Origin: Geosiphon pyriformis uo1
Lineage: Eukaryota; Fungi; Glomeromycota
Length of the DNA stretch: 64,000 nucleotides
Reading direction: 5' to 3'
NCBI GenBank assembly: GCA_016748015.1
Contig: JAAOMT010000183.1
Span: 508,887-572,886 of the forward strand
Shown piece by piece: positions 52,001 to 64,000 of this stretch. The notes under the pieces were generated by a model. That model was not told the origin of the DNA, did not search any database, and worked only from the letters and a program-made list of their open reading frames with translations. Numbering within the stretch: the stretch's first letter is position 1; each line of letters begins with the position of its first letter. The position numbers and the translations under genes were made by a program.

Positions 52001-53258
52001 TTTGATTTTGAAATATGATAATGGATCTTTGACCCCTAAATGTTTGTTTGTCATTGTGAAAAAAAAAAGGGGGAAAAAGATGCACTGAATTTATAATATT
52101 GTTAATTTGTTTTAATTGTAATAGGTTGCACTTGACTTTTTTTGAAGTTTTAATAAAGATAATCGTTAAGACATACATGGGTTTTAATTTAAAATATGGT
52201 TGTTAACATAATTAATCAATTACGTATTTGCTTTAAATTTTTAACAAACAGATTTTATTATTTTAACCTTTGTTGATTAAAATATTAAATATTGATAAAG
52301 AATGTGGCTGGTTACACGTAGAAAAACGCATGAATTGTTTCTACTATGTAATAATTCACTCTTATTTAGAGCATTCAAAAAAATATTGATAAAGCATATC
52401 AATTACAAATATATGTGGTGCCCTGACAATTGGGATATGTAGTTTCGTGCCCCAAATCAAAATATCATTCTTTCTTTAAGCATTAATTCTAACTCTAATC
52501 CTAATTCTAGCCATATTTAGGCCAATTTTAATTTGAGGTAATTGTGATTTTAGCACAACATATATATATATATAATTTATTCTTTACTTAGAAAAAGTTT
52601 GTGATTGTTTGTAATTATTGCAATTACTACAATCTTCACAATTGTTAACAACTCCTGCAACTATTTTAATATTATAACAATTAATACTTTTTGTTGTTAA
52701 TTAGTAAAATAATTTTTTATTTTCTTTGTAAATTAATCAATTTTCTTTTTAGTTATTAAGCTGGTTTTTCTTATTATTAAGTTAACAAGTTTTGTGTAAT
52801 TTGCTTCTTTTATTGTTATTTTATAGATTTTAATGTTAAATAAAAGTAATTAAATTTTTTAATAAGTTTGTTTTTAATTTTGCAATAAATTAATTCAAAA
52901 TCTGGATATTAAATTAGTAATTATTGGTTTTTAATTATCTAATTTTTTATAAAAATTTATTGTATTTTTTAATATAAATTATAACAAATTTAGTTGGTTT
53001 TTGCTTAATATTTCAAAATTAATTTTTTAAAAATAATCAAGATATTATTATTAGTAAATTGCTCAAAAAAAAACAATTTTAAATGTTTGCTAATTAACAA
53101 ACAAAATAACTTAATTTTCAAACTATTTATTAGTAGTTTTTTTAATATTTTTGTTGTATTTTTTTTATTTGTATTTACTATTTTGGTTATTTTGTTAAAT
53201 TAATTTTGTAAACTGGTTTTAATATTTTTTTTAAAAACTTTGAAATTTTTGTAATATA

Positions 53259-54527
53259 CAGTCTGAAACCAAAAAAATTGGACAAAAAAATGCATCTTAC
53301 AAGATTTAATCTAGTTTAACCAATTTTGGTTAGATTGTGGTGAGATTAGTTGGAAATGAATGTGAAAGTAAGTAACTATTGGCTTATATATATTTTTTTA
53401 ATTCTCATGCAAAAATGGCAACATCCAAGCAAAAAATACAACAACAAACAGTATTGTATTTTTGGAACCAAAGAATATAAATTGCAGCAGAAATACAGAA
53501 GTAAACAAATATATCATGTTCTATTATTTACAATATTCTTAAAAAACTCAAAAAAACCAGGGTGATAGAGCATGCAGATGGAAATGGTCGGCCAAAAAAG
53601 ATTAAAATGGTTACTTTGCAAGTATTACAATTATACATCAAATGGGATTTCTCAATTTTAATAAAAACTTTGACAACTTTGTTGTCAAAAATAAATGTAG
53701 AGGTATCCTATAGAACAATTGGGAGACATTTAGTATTTCTTGGTTACAAAAAAAACTTTCCTTGGGCCATCTCAATGCTTATTAATAAACATAAAAAGAG
53801 ATGTTTGAAATAAACTTACCAACACTTGAATGACAATTGGGACCAAACTGTTTTTACAGATAAAATAGTCTTTTGTTTATTCCAGAACACACTAGAACAT
53901 TGGTATAGAAGTTTATGGCCCATCCATGTCATTCCAAAAAATCGAACAAAAGTCTTTGCTTAAGGTAGTTTCTATAAAAAAGAAAAAACAAGTTTATTTT
54001 GTTTTACTGAAATAATAAATAGTCATTTTTACATAAAAATTCTTCATACTTATCTGTCTGAAATTAGAGGAATGTTTGAATGTAGGTGGCAGTTTTAGCA
54101 AAACAATGATCCAAAACACAAAAGCAAAGTTTCCCAAGCTTTTATAGTTGTTAATATTAATAATGTTTTTAACTGGTCTGTCAATTCACCCAATTTAAAC
54201 CCTATTAAAAACTTGTAAGCTATTGTCAAGAATAAGATAGAAAAATGAATATCTAAAAATTGTAACCAGTTAATGCAGTTTATGAAAAAAAAATGGCAGA
54301 TAATTTCCAAATCTATCTTTATTGAGTTAGTAGGATTAATAAAATAGCATTGTGAAATAGTGATTGTGAATAAGGGAAAAAAAATATTATATTAATTTTT
54401 TATTAATTTTTTTTAATAAAATAATGTGCTTTTTATCTTTCTAATAATATATTTTTTGTAAAATTTGATCCATTAATTAAAGCACAATAATTAGTTTTTT
54501 GTGTCCAATTTTTTTTGTTTTATACTG
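53259..54527 (+). mobile_element. Tc1/mariner DNA transposon, degenerate, with TIRs and TA duplication
   Basis: TA|CAGTCTGAAACCAAAAAAATTGGAC ... GTCCAATTTTTTTTGTTTTATACTG|TA; transposase motifs GRPKKI, WDQTVFTD, F.QNNDPKH, W..NSPNLNPIKNL. Confidence 0.92.
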
Positions 54528-55583
54528 TATAAGATGGCTATATTTTTGTTTTTGTTTTTTTTTTGTTTTTTTTTTGTTTTTTTTCTTAAAACAAATTTAA
54601 AAATATTTTTAGTGTTTTTTTTTGTTTGCTAATTTTTTTTAAATAATTACATAAATTAATACTAATGTAAATTTGTTTTGATTATTAAGTTAAACTTTTG
54701 ATAATATAAAATTTTTTAAGTTAAAAAAATAATTAAGTAATAAGTTAAGTATTTAAACTTAAATAAATAAAACTAAAAATAATATAAATATAACTTGTTT
54801 TTAGTTTTTTGTTTAGATATTTGCAAATATTTAACAGTAATTTTAATATATTATAAATTGTTTAATTAATTTAAAAAGTTTTTTTTGTTGTTGTTTTTTG
54901 GTTTTAATTTCAAATTAAGTAAAAATTATTAGGTAATAAAATGTTTTTTTATAAAATATTATAATATTATAATTAAGTTCTTAAAAATAAGTATTAAGTA
55001 TTTTATAATTATATTTAAAATATCAAAATTTTTCTAATAATAAATATAAATTAACTAGTAAAATTTTAAAATTATTATATTAAAAATAATAATTATTTTG
55101 AATAAAACTTTTTATTATGTTAAATTTTTAAAAAAAATTAAATATTACCAAAAATTTAGTTGATTTTTTTGATATAATTATTTTAATTTGTTGTTAATTT
55201 TATTGTTATTAAAAATTTAATAATTTTTAAAAGTTAAATTCTTTTTAAGTATTTTTTTATATTTTAGATTATTTATGTTATTAAATTTATAATAAAATAA
55301 CTAATTTATACTAATTATTTTATATAATTACTTTACAACAAAAGTTTTTACAAAACTTCTTAATTATTAACTTTTTAATAATATATATTTTTTTATAAAA
55401 AATTTTAATTATAAGCTATTTAATAAAAAAAACCAAATAAAAACAAATAAAACTAAAATATTTTTTATTTAAATTTAAAATTAATTAAATTGTTATTAAA
55501 ATTGGTAATTAATTAATTTTAATATATTAGTTAAAAATAATAAATTTTAAAACAAAGTTTAAATATATAAAAAGTTTTTAAAT

Positions 55584-57633
55584 TTATTATTATTATTATT
55601 ATTATTATGCATTTAATGAGTGAAATCCAATCATTATCTAGTATATAGAACCAAACTAAATGGTTCACATTAAATACAATTCATGTATTTACTACATGTG
55701 ACCAGCCATTTAGGCCAGATAAGGCAACACTACACACCTAATACGATTCACACATTACAATCAAGTTCAGAAAAAAAAACATGGTTTATGATGGCCAAAA
55801 CTAACAGCAAAAGACTCAATAATGTTAAGCAACCTAATCATATCATCTGACAGTAAAGAAGACACACCACGTGACAAATTCAATATCAGACTACCATCCT
55901 TAACCAAACCAGCCCTCTTCATATCTGCCCTATATTTAGACTTTACCAGTTATGCCTTAGACTAATGCAATTTAACCAAATGCTTTATAAAATCAACAAC
56001 CATACAGGAGGCCTTTTTTTTGTCAACAAAAATCTTAACAGCTTCCATGTATTATTCTTTCAGAACAAATCTTTTATATACAACAGAGTATAGACCAACA
56101 TCTGACAAACAATGGACAAGAGTTCTTAATACAGTAGAAGAATTCAAGTCACAAACACCTACTAAAGAAATCCAGCAAGTAGAAGCCTCTAACAAGATTT
56201 CATTTCGAACAAATATATCACAAGCATAGGTAAAAACATGATCTGGCAATTTAGTCTCATTACAAAATAAACACAAAACACCAGAGTAGCTTTTATCATA
56301 TAATCTTTTTCTCACAGCTATTGGAAGTCTTCTATGCACAGCTTTTATCATGTATGTGTAAAGATTTGAAGTCTTTTGACTAGTGAACCCAGTAAGCATA
56401 TGTGAGTCTGGATACCAAACCTTAGCAGTGGCATGCCAATCCAAATTTTTTAACATAGCACTTAGAATTACATCATAACCAGAGCCAGCCTCCCAACGAG
56501 CATAACAAATAAAACAAAAAATATTTCTAACAAAGTAACAGGCATTGCCAAATACAACAGAATTCTCAGCCATCAAAAAGTGTTTATGTACTTCTGCTAA
56601 TAACATGAAGAAGGAGCCAGTGACTTCACCTGTCAAAACATTAGCTCTCATATTGCTAGGAATTCCAGAATGACTTTTAACCTTAACCCAATACACAAAA
56701 AGATCTTTATTTTTTATTAGATTAGAAATATGCCTCCTCTCAATCCAATACTGATTATGAAAATCTGGAAAATTACAAGAAACTTCAGACATACAAGCAT
56801 TAATAGCAGTCTGGTTGTCAAGATACAGAACAACTGAACTGAAAGAAGGAACACATTCCAAAGAAAGAGCAACAGTCTGCAATTCAGTCATTGTAAAAAA
56901 AAGAAGACCATAAACACCAATATCAATCCTCATATCCAAAACAGAGAAATACACAGCCACACTACTGACAACATTAGCAGAGCCAGCAAATTTCAATGAA
57001 TCATCCATGTAAACATCAAACAAGCCAGACCAAATCTCAAGCAAACTATTGTATATCTCAGCAAACCACTCAGAAACCAGAATGTTACTGCCAGAGAAGT
57101 GTCCAAGATTCATGGCATTAAATGGCAATAAATCCCTATTACGTAAAAACTTAGATGTAACATCAAACTACCATGGAACAGAACCTTTAGAACTAAGTCT
57201 CTTCTAATGATAGAATGTCCTCCACTTCATTATACCATCTTTTTTATCAAGAAGTCTATTACCAAAAACAATCCTAAAATGCTTTAAAGAATGAACACAA
57301 CCAAAAAATGAAGCATTTCCCAGAATTATTAACATAAGAAAATTACCAGGGCACTAAAAAGCACTGGGCAAATTGTTTGTTAAAGACAATTCACAACTCA
57401 AAAAAATTTTAACCATGCCAGCTAGAAAATTATTTACAGAACTAACAAGCAACTTAACCAGAAACTGCAAAAAATTTAAGGGAGCCCACCCAAAGACTTG
57501 CAAATTCAAGAAATGATGAAGAAACAAACACCCAAAAATATTAGAAGCATTTGAAAAAGAGACTACTGTAGCTATCTTACTCTCAGATTGCACCTGATTA
57601 AAAGGTTTCAAACCATACAAAAAGAGATAATGT
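55584..57633 (-). mobile_element. LINE 3' half (RNase H + CCHC, 3' UTR, (TAA)n), interrupted upstream by Gypsy D
   Basis: VYMDDSL, TELQTVALSLECV, YLDNQ, WVKVKSHSG..N..AN, CLFC....DHVF..C; TTA repeats at ~55584-55608. Confidence 0.9.
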
Positions 57634-60600
57634 TGTTACAGATGATTATTTGGAATCTCAAATCAAATAACAAATTCATAACTTGGTGTTCAATATCTTG
57701 ACAATGCTGGTGATACTAGTACGTTAGTTGTATCTGAAAGTTTTAGAGTTGAGTCCTTTGTATAATGAACAGAGATGTAGTTGGTTGGTGAGTTGGGTTC
57801 CCAATTTCTGTCTTCAGCTTGGTGGCTGGTTTATTCTGGCATTCGTGCCTTTTTAGTAAGCTATCTGTTAATATATATATAATTTTATCCTTATTTCTGG
57901 ATCTTTTATCAGACTATCCGTGATGTCAATTACTTAGTGTTTTAATTCTTAATTAGTTAATATACAACAATAAAATTAAGAAAAGAAAATAAAAGAAAAA
58001 TAAAGAAATAAGCCAAGGCAATATGCAAGTTAATATCTGTCAATAGCCATGATCAAGAGCTATTGTTCCAGTGTGGTTAAGTATCAATTACTATCAACAC
58101 TTCATGTTGATAGTAAAGAGTAGATTTAAATGGTGAATGATTTATTTATTTAATATTTGTGAATGAAAAATTTCTAACTAAAGAATTTTGCTCTTTCTAC
58201 TTCTAATGCTACCACTATATATACATAATTGATGTTCTATAAGATCGCTCACATTTCCAAGTGATGTGCTATGATTTCTTGAGCAATGCTCACATTGCTA
58301 AGCAATGTGCTCTCATTTTCTAACATTGTTCTACATTGCTGAGCAATGTGCTGTGTTTTCTGACATTGCTCTACATTGTTAAGCAATGTGCCATAATTTC
58401 TATTATTGCTTTACATTGCTAAGCAATGTGCTCATGTACTACATACTATTCACTTATTGGTTTACTATTTTCCTATATCTGTTTTTTTTTTATGAGTAAC
58501 ATTATTTTCTTCTTTTAATATTGAGCTCTATCGAAATCTTCATTTTGAATTAATTCTAATACTTCTTTTTCAAGTATTGTTTGTTTGACTCTGTTCTTCA
58601 CGTCTTCTACTTGTGTATTGTTCATTCTTCCCCATTGGTTAATAGTTATGGTTTTCATGTCTGAGTGTAACAGTATTTCTGGATAGTTCTCAAATATGTT
58701 GTGTAGTTGATAAATTGTTCTCACATGTAGTGTTGAGTTCGTCTTTTTCCCAATAAATTCTTCAATTTGCTGTATTATATTTTGGTTAAATATCTTTTTG
58801 GATTTGTTAATATACAACTCTTGAATATTCAACTTTTGACTTAACTGGTAGTAACAGTATAATATTGGAAGTTGTTCTGTCCATTGCTTCCAATTTTTTT
58901 TGTAAGTTCTTCTGTTAGTGCCATAATAGGTATTTTCCCAAAAGTGTTTTTTACTTTTTCTATTATGTTATTTGACCAGTTTTTATCATTCTATAATAAC
59001 TGCTGATATGGTGTATTCTTTGTTTTTTTTTTGGTGTTTTAATAGTAGATTGTTTGGTTGTTAACAATAATTTCTATATCTAAAGATTGTTGACTTAAGG
59101 CCTGGAACAATTGTTAAGCTATAATGTGGATATAATCTGGTATTTTCATTTTTTCTTGGTTGCTTTTGTTATGTGTACTGTGTCTTTATATATTCTTTTG
59201 GTTGTTCAATTTGCTGTGTTTGGTTCAATAACTATAATTGGTTCCAGATCTTGTGAAATCTCATCTGGTTGAACTAGTATTCTTTGTACTCCCAGTTGTG
59301 GAATGTTATTGGTAGATGATGATGCTATCTGGTAATATGATTTCAGTCAATCACCATGTGCTGTTTTGGCTAAAATTTTGTTGTTCTATCTTAATTTATA
59401 AGCTCCATTTCCAAGAATTTCTTTTATGTGAAATGATCCATCCCATTTGGAGTCAAATTTTCTATTCCATTGTTTTTCTGCTTTGGTACGATATAGAAGT
59501 ACTTTGTCTCCAATCTTGAATTCAACTGGTTTGTTTAGTAGTTGGTTATTGTGTCTTTTTTTTTGTTTTTCTTGTGACTTTTGAATGTTATCAGCTGCTT
59601 TTTATTGCTTGTTTTTTAGAGTTTTCATTAAGTCATATGTTCTTCTTAGTAACGTTTCTTAAAAATTGTCTTCAGTTATTGGTTTTGTTGGATAAGTGTT
59701 GACTTCTATCTCAACTGGTAATGTTGCTGTTTTACCATATACTAATTCAAATGGTGTTGCTTGTGTAGTGTCTTGCTTCATTGTTCAATAAGCAAATAAT
59801 ACTGATGGTATAAACAAATTCTATTCATTCTGATTTTCTTGACTGATCTTGGTGATTGCTTTACACAATGTTCTGTTAAACCTCTCAACTAACTCATTTG
59901 TTTGTGAATAGTATGGTAATGATAGTGGTCTTTTTATCTCAAATCTCTGACTTAATTCTGTTAATGTTTTATTTACAAAATGAGTTCCTTAATCTGATAG
60001 TAGTTCTTTTGGACATCCATGTTGACATATCAAATCTTGATGGACAAATTTGGCAATGAATTCTGCATCTGCTCTTTGAATGGCTTTTGCTTCTGGCCAT
60101 TTTGTGAAATAGTCCATAGCTACTGCAATATATCTGTTGTCTCTACTGGTAATTGTTAATGGTCTGACTAAGTCAATTCCAATGTGATCAAATGATTGTC
60201 CTACTTTAATTGGTTTTAATGGTTTACTGGGTTTTGTTTTACTTCTTCTTTGACAAGCATCACAATTTTGAACATATTGGATGATGTCCGGATACATTGA
60301 TGGCCAATAATATCTTTTTCTGGTTCTTTCCATGGTTGCTTCTTTGTGAAAGTATTCTGCTGTTGGATCTGAGTGCATGTTGAATAATATTGTTTCTTTC
60401 TCTGGTTTTGTAATTACTCTGGTTGGTTGATCTGAATTTTTTCTGTTTTTTTAGTAAAGTTTATTTTGATGATTGATAAAATATTTTGATTGTTGTTTTA
60501 TGTTGTTTTGTTCTTTTTGAGATAATTTCTCCTTGAACAATTGGGTATTTATATAATGTTGTAGTTGTTGGTATTTTTGTATATTCATCTTTTATTATAT

Positions 60601-63382
60601 TTTTGGGTTGAAATGTTTTTAGATTTGTCTCATTTGTGATAGTCCATCAGCATTTCCATTGTCTTTTCCCTTTTTATAATGTACTGTATAATTGAATAGT
60701 AAAAGTTCTATTTTCTATTTGGTGTGACAATTGTCTGCAAATTTTTGTTTCTGAATTGAAGTCAATTCTTTGTGATTAGTGTACACTTCAAACTTTTGGC
60801 CTAAGTATTCTTTCTATTTAATGACAGCCTAATAGATAGCTAAGTATTCTAGTGCTGGAGTTCCATAGTTCTTCTCAGCTGGACTTAAACTTTTACTGGC
60901 ATAAGCTACTAGATGTTCTCTTCCATTGGGTTTTTTCTGTGAGAGTACTGCTCCCAATGCTTGACCTGATGCATTAGTAGTAATGATAAATGGTTTGTTG
61001 TAATCTGGATACATCAATACTAGAGCTTGGATAAGCTTTCTTTTCAATGTGTTGAAAGCTTTTTGTTGAGCTTCAGTCTATTCATACTTCACATTCTTGG
61101 TTTGTAGATAGTGAAGTGGTTGAGCTAGTTTAGAAAAGTTCTTAATGAAACAATGATAGTAGCCTGCAAATCCCAAAAATGCTCTTAGTTCTGTCAAGTT
61201 GGTTGGTACTGGAAAGTTCTTAACTACTTCAATCTTGTCTGAATCCGTTTTGATTCCATCTTTGCTCACTACATGTCCCAAAAACTTGAATTCAGTTTTT
61301 CCAAAGAAACATTTGGTTGCATTTAGTTTCAATCCAGCTTTTTTTAATCTTTTGAACACTTCTTGGAGATGATACAGATGATCATCAAATGTTTTTGAGA
61401 ACACATTGGTGTTATCCAAGTAAACAACTACTGATTTCCACAGTAATCCAGTATAGACAATTTCCATGAGCTGTTAGAGCATTCATCAGGCCAAATGGCA
61501 TGACTTCAAATTCAAAATTTCCTTCTCTTGTAATAAATGTTGTTTTTTCTTTGTTAGCTGGATTCATGACTACTTGCCAGTAACTATTATCTAGATCTAA
61601 TGTTGATTTCCTCCGAAAGTGTCAAATAGTTCTTGGATTTTGGGGGTTAAATAACTATCTCTTTTGGTTACTCTATTCAGTTTCCGGTAATTTACACAAG
61701 AGCAGATTTTCCCATTTTTCTTCTCGACTAGTACCACTGGTGACAACCATAGACTTATTGATAGCTGAATTAGCCTGTTATTAAGCATCTAATTGATTTC
61801 TTAACGAATGATCTCATGGCTAGCTGGTAGTACTCTGTATGCTTTTTGTTTAATTGACATTGTATTTTCAGTCTTGATCTGATGTTGAATGATGTTAGTT
61901 TGGCCAAATTTATTTTTACTAGCAAAGATATTATTGAAATTGTTGAATAAAATCTTGAATTGCATCTGTTGAAGTGAATCTAGATTCCTCATGTTCATCT
62001 ATTCTAATTGTTCTGATTGGAGCAGATAACATTTACTTCTTTCATAGATGGTTTGTGATGTAATGTCGACATATCCACAAAGCTGTAGAAAATCTGGAAT
62101 GTGGTTTGGTGGTTGATCCTCAACTTTGGTGGTTAAATATCCAATGATGATTCCCTTTGGTATTTCGATGACTTTTCCAGTTGCGTTATAGATGAGAATT
62201 TTGATGTTTTTGAGACTTTTGGCTGCTATGTAGAGATTGGTGAGTCTGATCTCCCCTGATTCACAAATGATGGCTTCTGCTTTAAACAATTGGGCTTAAT
62301 CCTTTACTTTTTTTTTATGGCTAATATATACTAGTCATATGGTGGAATGAAAATTGTTTGACAGGTCGAGATAATTTCTCCTTTGTCTACAATTTCTTTC
62401 TCTGCCATATTAACTAGTATATCTATTCTATCTGTTGATTCAAATCCCTATATCTCTTTAGCTGTAATTTCTAATTCCTCTCTGTTTCTTACTGACACTA
62501 ACTGAGCTATTTTCACTAGAGGTAAAAATATTGCCTATGCTATTTTTTTATTTGGTTCTATAATATAGGTCTTTTTTGAGTCATTTTGTAGCATAGCAAT
62601 AATATTTTCTACATATCCTGCATTAATTATTTCTCCTCTAATGTTGATTCCTTTTTTTGCTAAACTACTCCTAGATGCTAATTGAACCATAATTGTTGCT
62701 AGAATTTCTAGTGCTATCTTAAAATCAATACATATATGCGAATGTGGTTCCAATTTAATGAGATTTTTTCTGGGATATCTTAGATCAAACCCTGCATTGG
62801 TATTATGCATATGTTCTGACATGATACCTTTATTATTATCACTATACCATTTGAGTTCCTGCTCCTTAGAGAGATCAGGAAGTGCAATGTATATTTCAGG
62901 GTTTGAATTGGAGTCTGAACTGTTGATATTTTTGTTGCCATCTTGTGCAAAGCTGGAACCAGTGTTTTTGTTGTCATTGTTGTTGAAGTTTGAATCGAGA
63001 TTGAAAACTGATTCCAATTCTGATGCACAGCTGCTAATTGGTTCTTCTTCTGGAATCGTGTAGATTATGCGTAGTGGTAGATTGTAAATGAGATCATACT
63101 CATTACAATATTAAAAATCACAGAAAATTAAGCAATGTTGACATAACCAAGTATTCAACTGCTCCAAATGCTGCTCTTGTTCTTTTCTGGTAGGTGCTAG
63201 CTCTTGGTAATGTTTGTAGAATTGTTCTGGATCTAGGAGATTTATGACTGGTTCTGAGTCCCAGTCAAGTTTGATAGGTTTAGGTGGGTTATTTTTAATC
63301 ATTTTTATCTTTTCTGGAGTTGTTCTTTCAATTTTGGTGAGTGCCATTTGCCAGATTTTGTCATCGTCATGTGGACACCCAT
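57634..63382 (-). mobile_element. Gypsy copy D (family A): 3' LTR 57634-58501, ORF3, IN, RH, RT, dUTPase, part of Cys-rich domain
   Basis: Reverse-complement match to ~4110-9894; NAGFDLRY, SRSSLAKKG, YLDN, DYFTKWPEA; ORF3 C-terminus EDFDRAQY. Confidence 0.95.
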
Positions 63383-64000
63383 TGTTACCAGTAGAATTTT
63401 AGCTATTAATTAGCATGAAATTATCATTATAATTTCTATAATTAATTAGTATATTAATATTATTTATTATTTAATCAATTATCACATATTACAATTCAAT
63501 TAAATAATCCAATTAGTATAACAAAAAGTAGAATGATCAAATTACACAATATCCTGAACTTTGTAATATTCAAAAATTTGCTGAAATTTACAGAAATTTG
63601 CCGAAATTTATATGAAATTTGCCAAAATTTATAGAAATTTGCCGAAATTATGAATAGTTTACCCAAATTAATCAATAGTTTAGCAAAACAACTTGTAGTC
63701 CATCAAAATGTATCTTTAGTTCATCAAAATTTGAGCAAAAAGAAAAAGTGCAAGTTCATAGACTAGTACTACAACAAGTTGTATAAAAGAAGAGCTTTTT
63801 TTTTCAAGAAAATGTATCTTACTTTAGATTTATCACTTAGAACCATTCCTATACACACAAAAAGAAATAAATATTAAATAATTCAAAAAACCAAATTTTT
63901 TAATTATTGCACTTGGAAAATCTCCAAAACCCAACTAACATTTCGAAATTGATTAGCTACCAATTTCAGTAAACTGTTAGTGACTCCAGGCCTGAATAGA
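63383..64000 (+). repeat. LTR of family C (copy F) inserted into Gypsy D; runs off window end
   Basis: TGTTACCAGTAGAATTTTAGCTATTAATTAG is the reverse complement of 43922-43952; similarity continues to CCAGGCCTGAATAGA. Confidence 0.92.

Noticed and set aside
55610-55630. TTAATGAGTGAAAT as a decayed hammerhead ribozyme core (CTGATGA..GAAA)
   Set aside because: There is no room for stem II, no supporting stems I/III, it is antisense to the LINE, and the second copy (25524-25540) fits worse.

Overview
Eukaryotic, AT-rich, intron-containing fungal DNA. The repeat style suggests an early-diverging (Glomeromycotina-like) genome, which is an inference and not verified. Two CpG-containing gene islands sit among decayed, almost CpG-free transposons. 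Island 1 (~13.8-24.8 kb) holds an intronless RRM/Gly-rich RNA-binding protein, DRE2/anamorsin, an RNase III-fold protein (probably mitoribosomal mL57), PBP1/ataxin-2 and RPL12. Island 2 (~48.8-51.3 kb) holds a small membrane-protein exon and a compact SET-domain gene. The rest is nested Ty3/Gypsy LTR elements (two near-complete copies, three partial copies, one solo LTR and one further LTR at the window end), RNase H-bearing LINEs with (TAA)n tails, Tc1/mariner relics and ultra-AT-rich tracts. The most unusual system is the Gypsy lineage. Copies from at least two divergent LTR families share the layout gag-protease-Cys-rich domain-dUTPase-RT-RNaseH-STOP / integrase with its own start / conserved ~210-aa non-env ORF3. 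In family A a hairpin folds the primer-binding site onto its own complement. Paired LTRs differ almost only by C>T/G>A transitions, with one apparently protected island inside the family-C LTR. All alignments and counts were done by eye, and domain boundaries are approximate.
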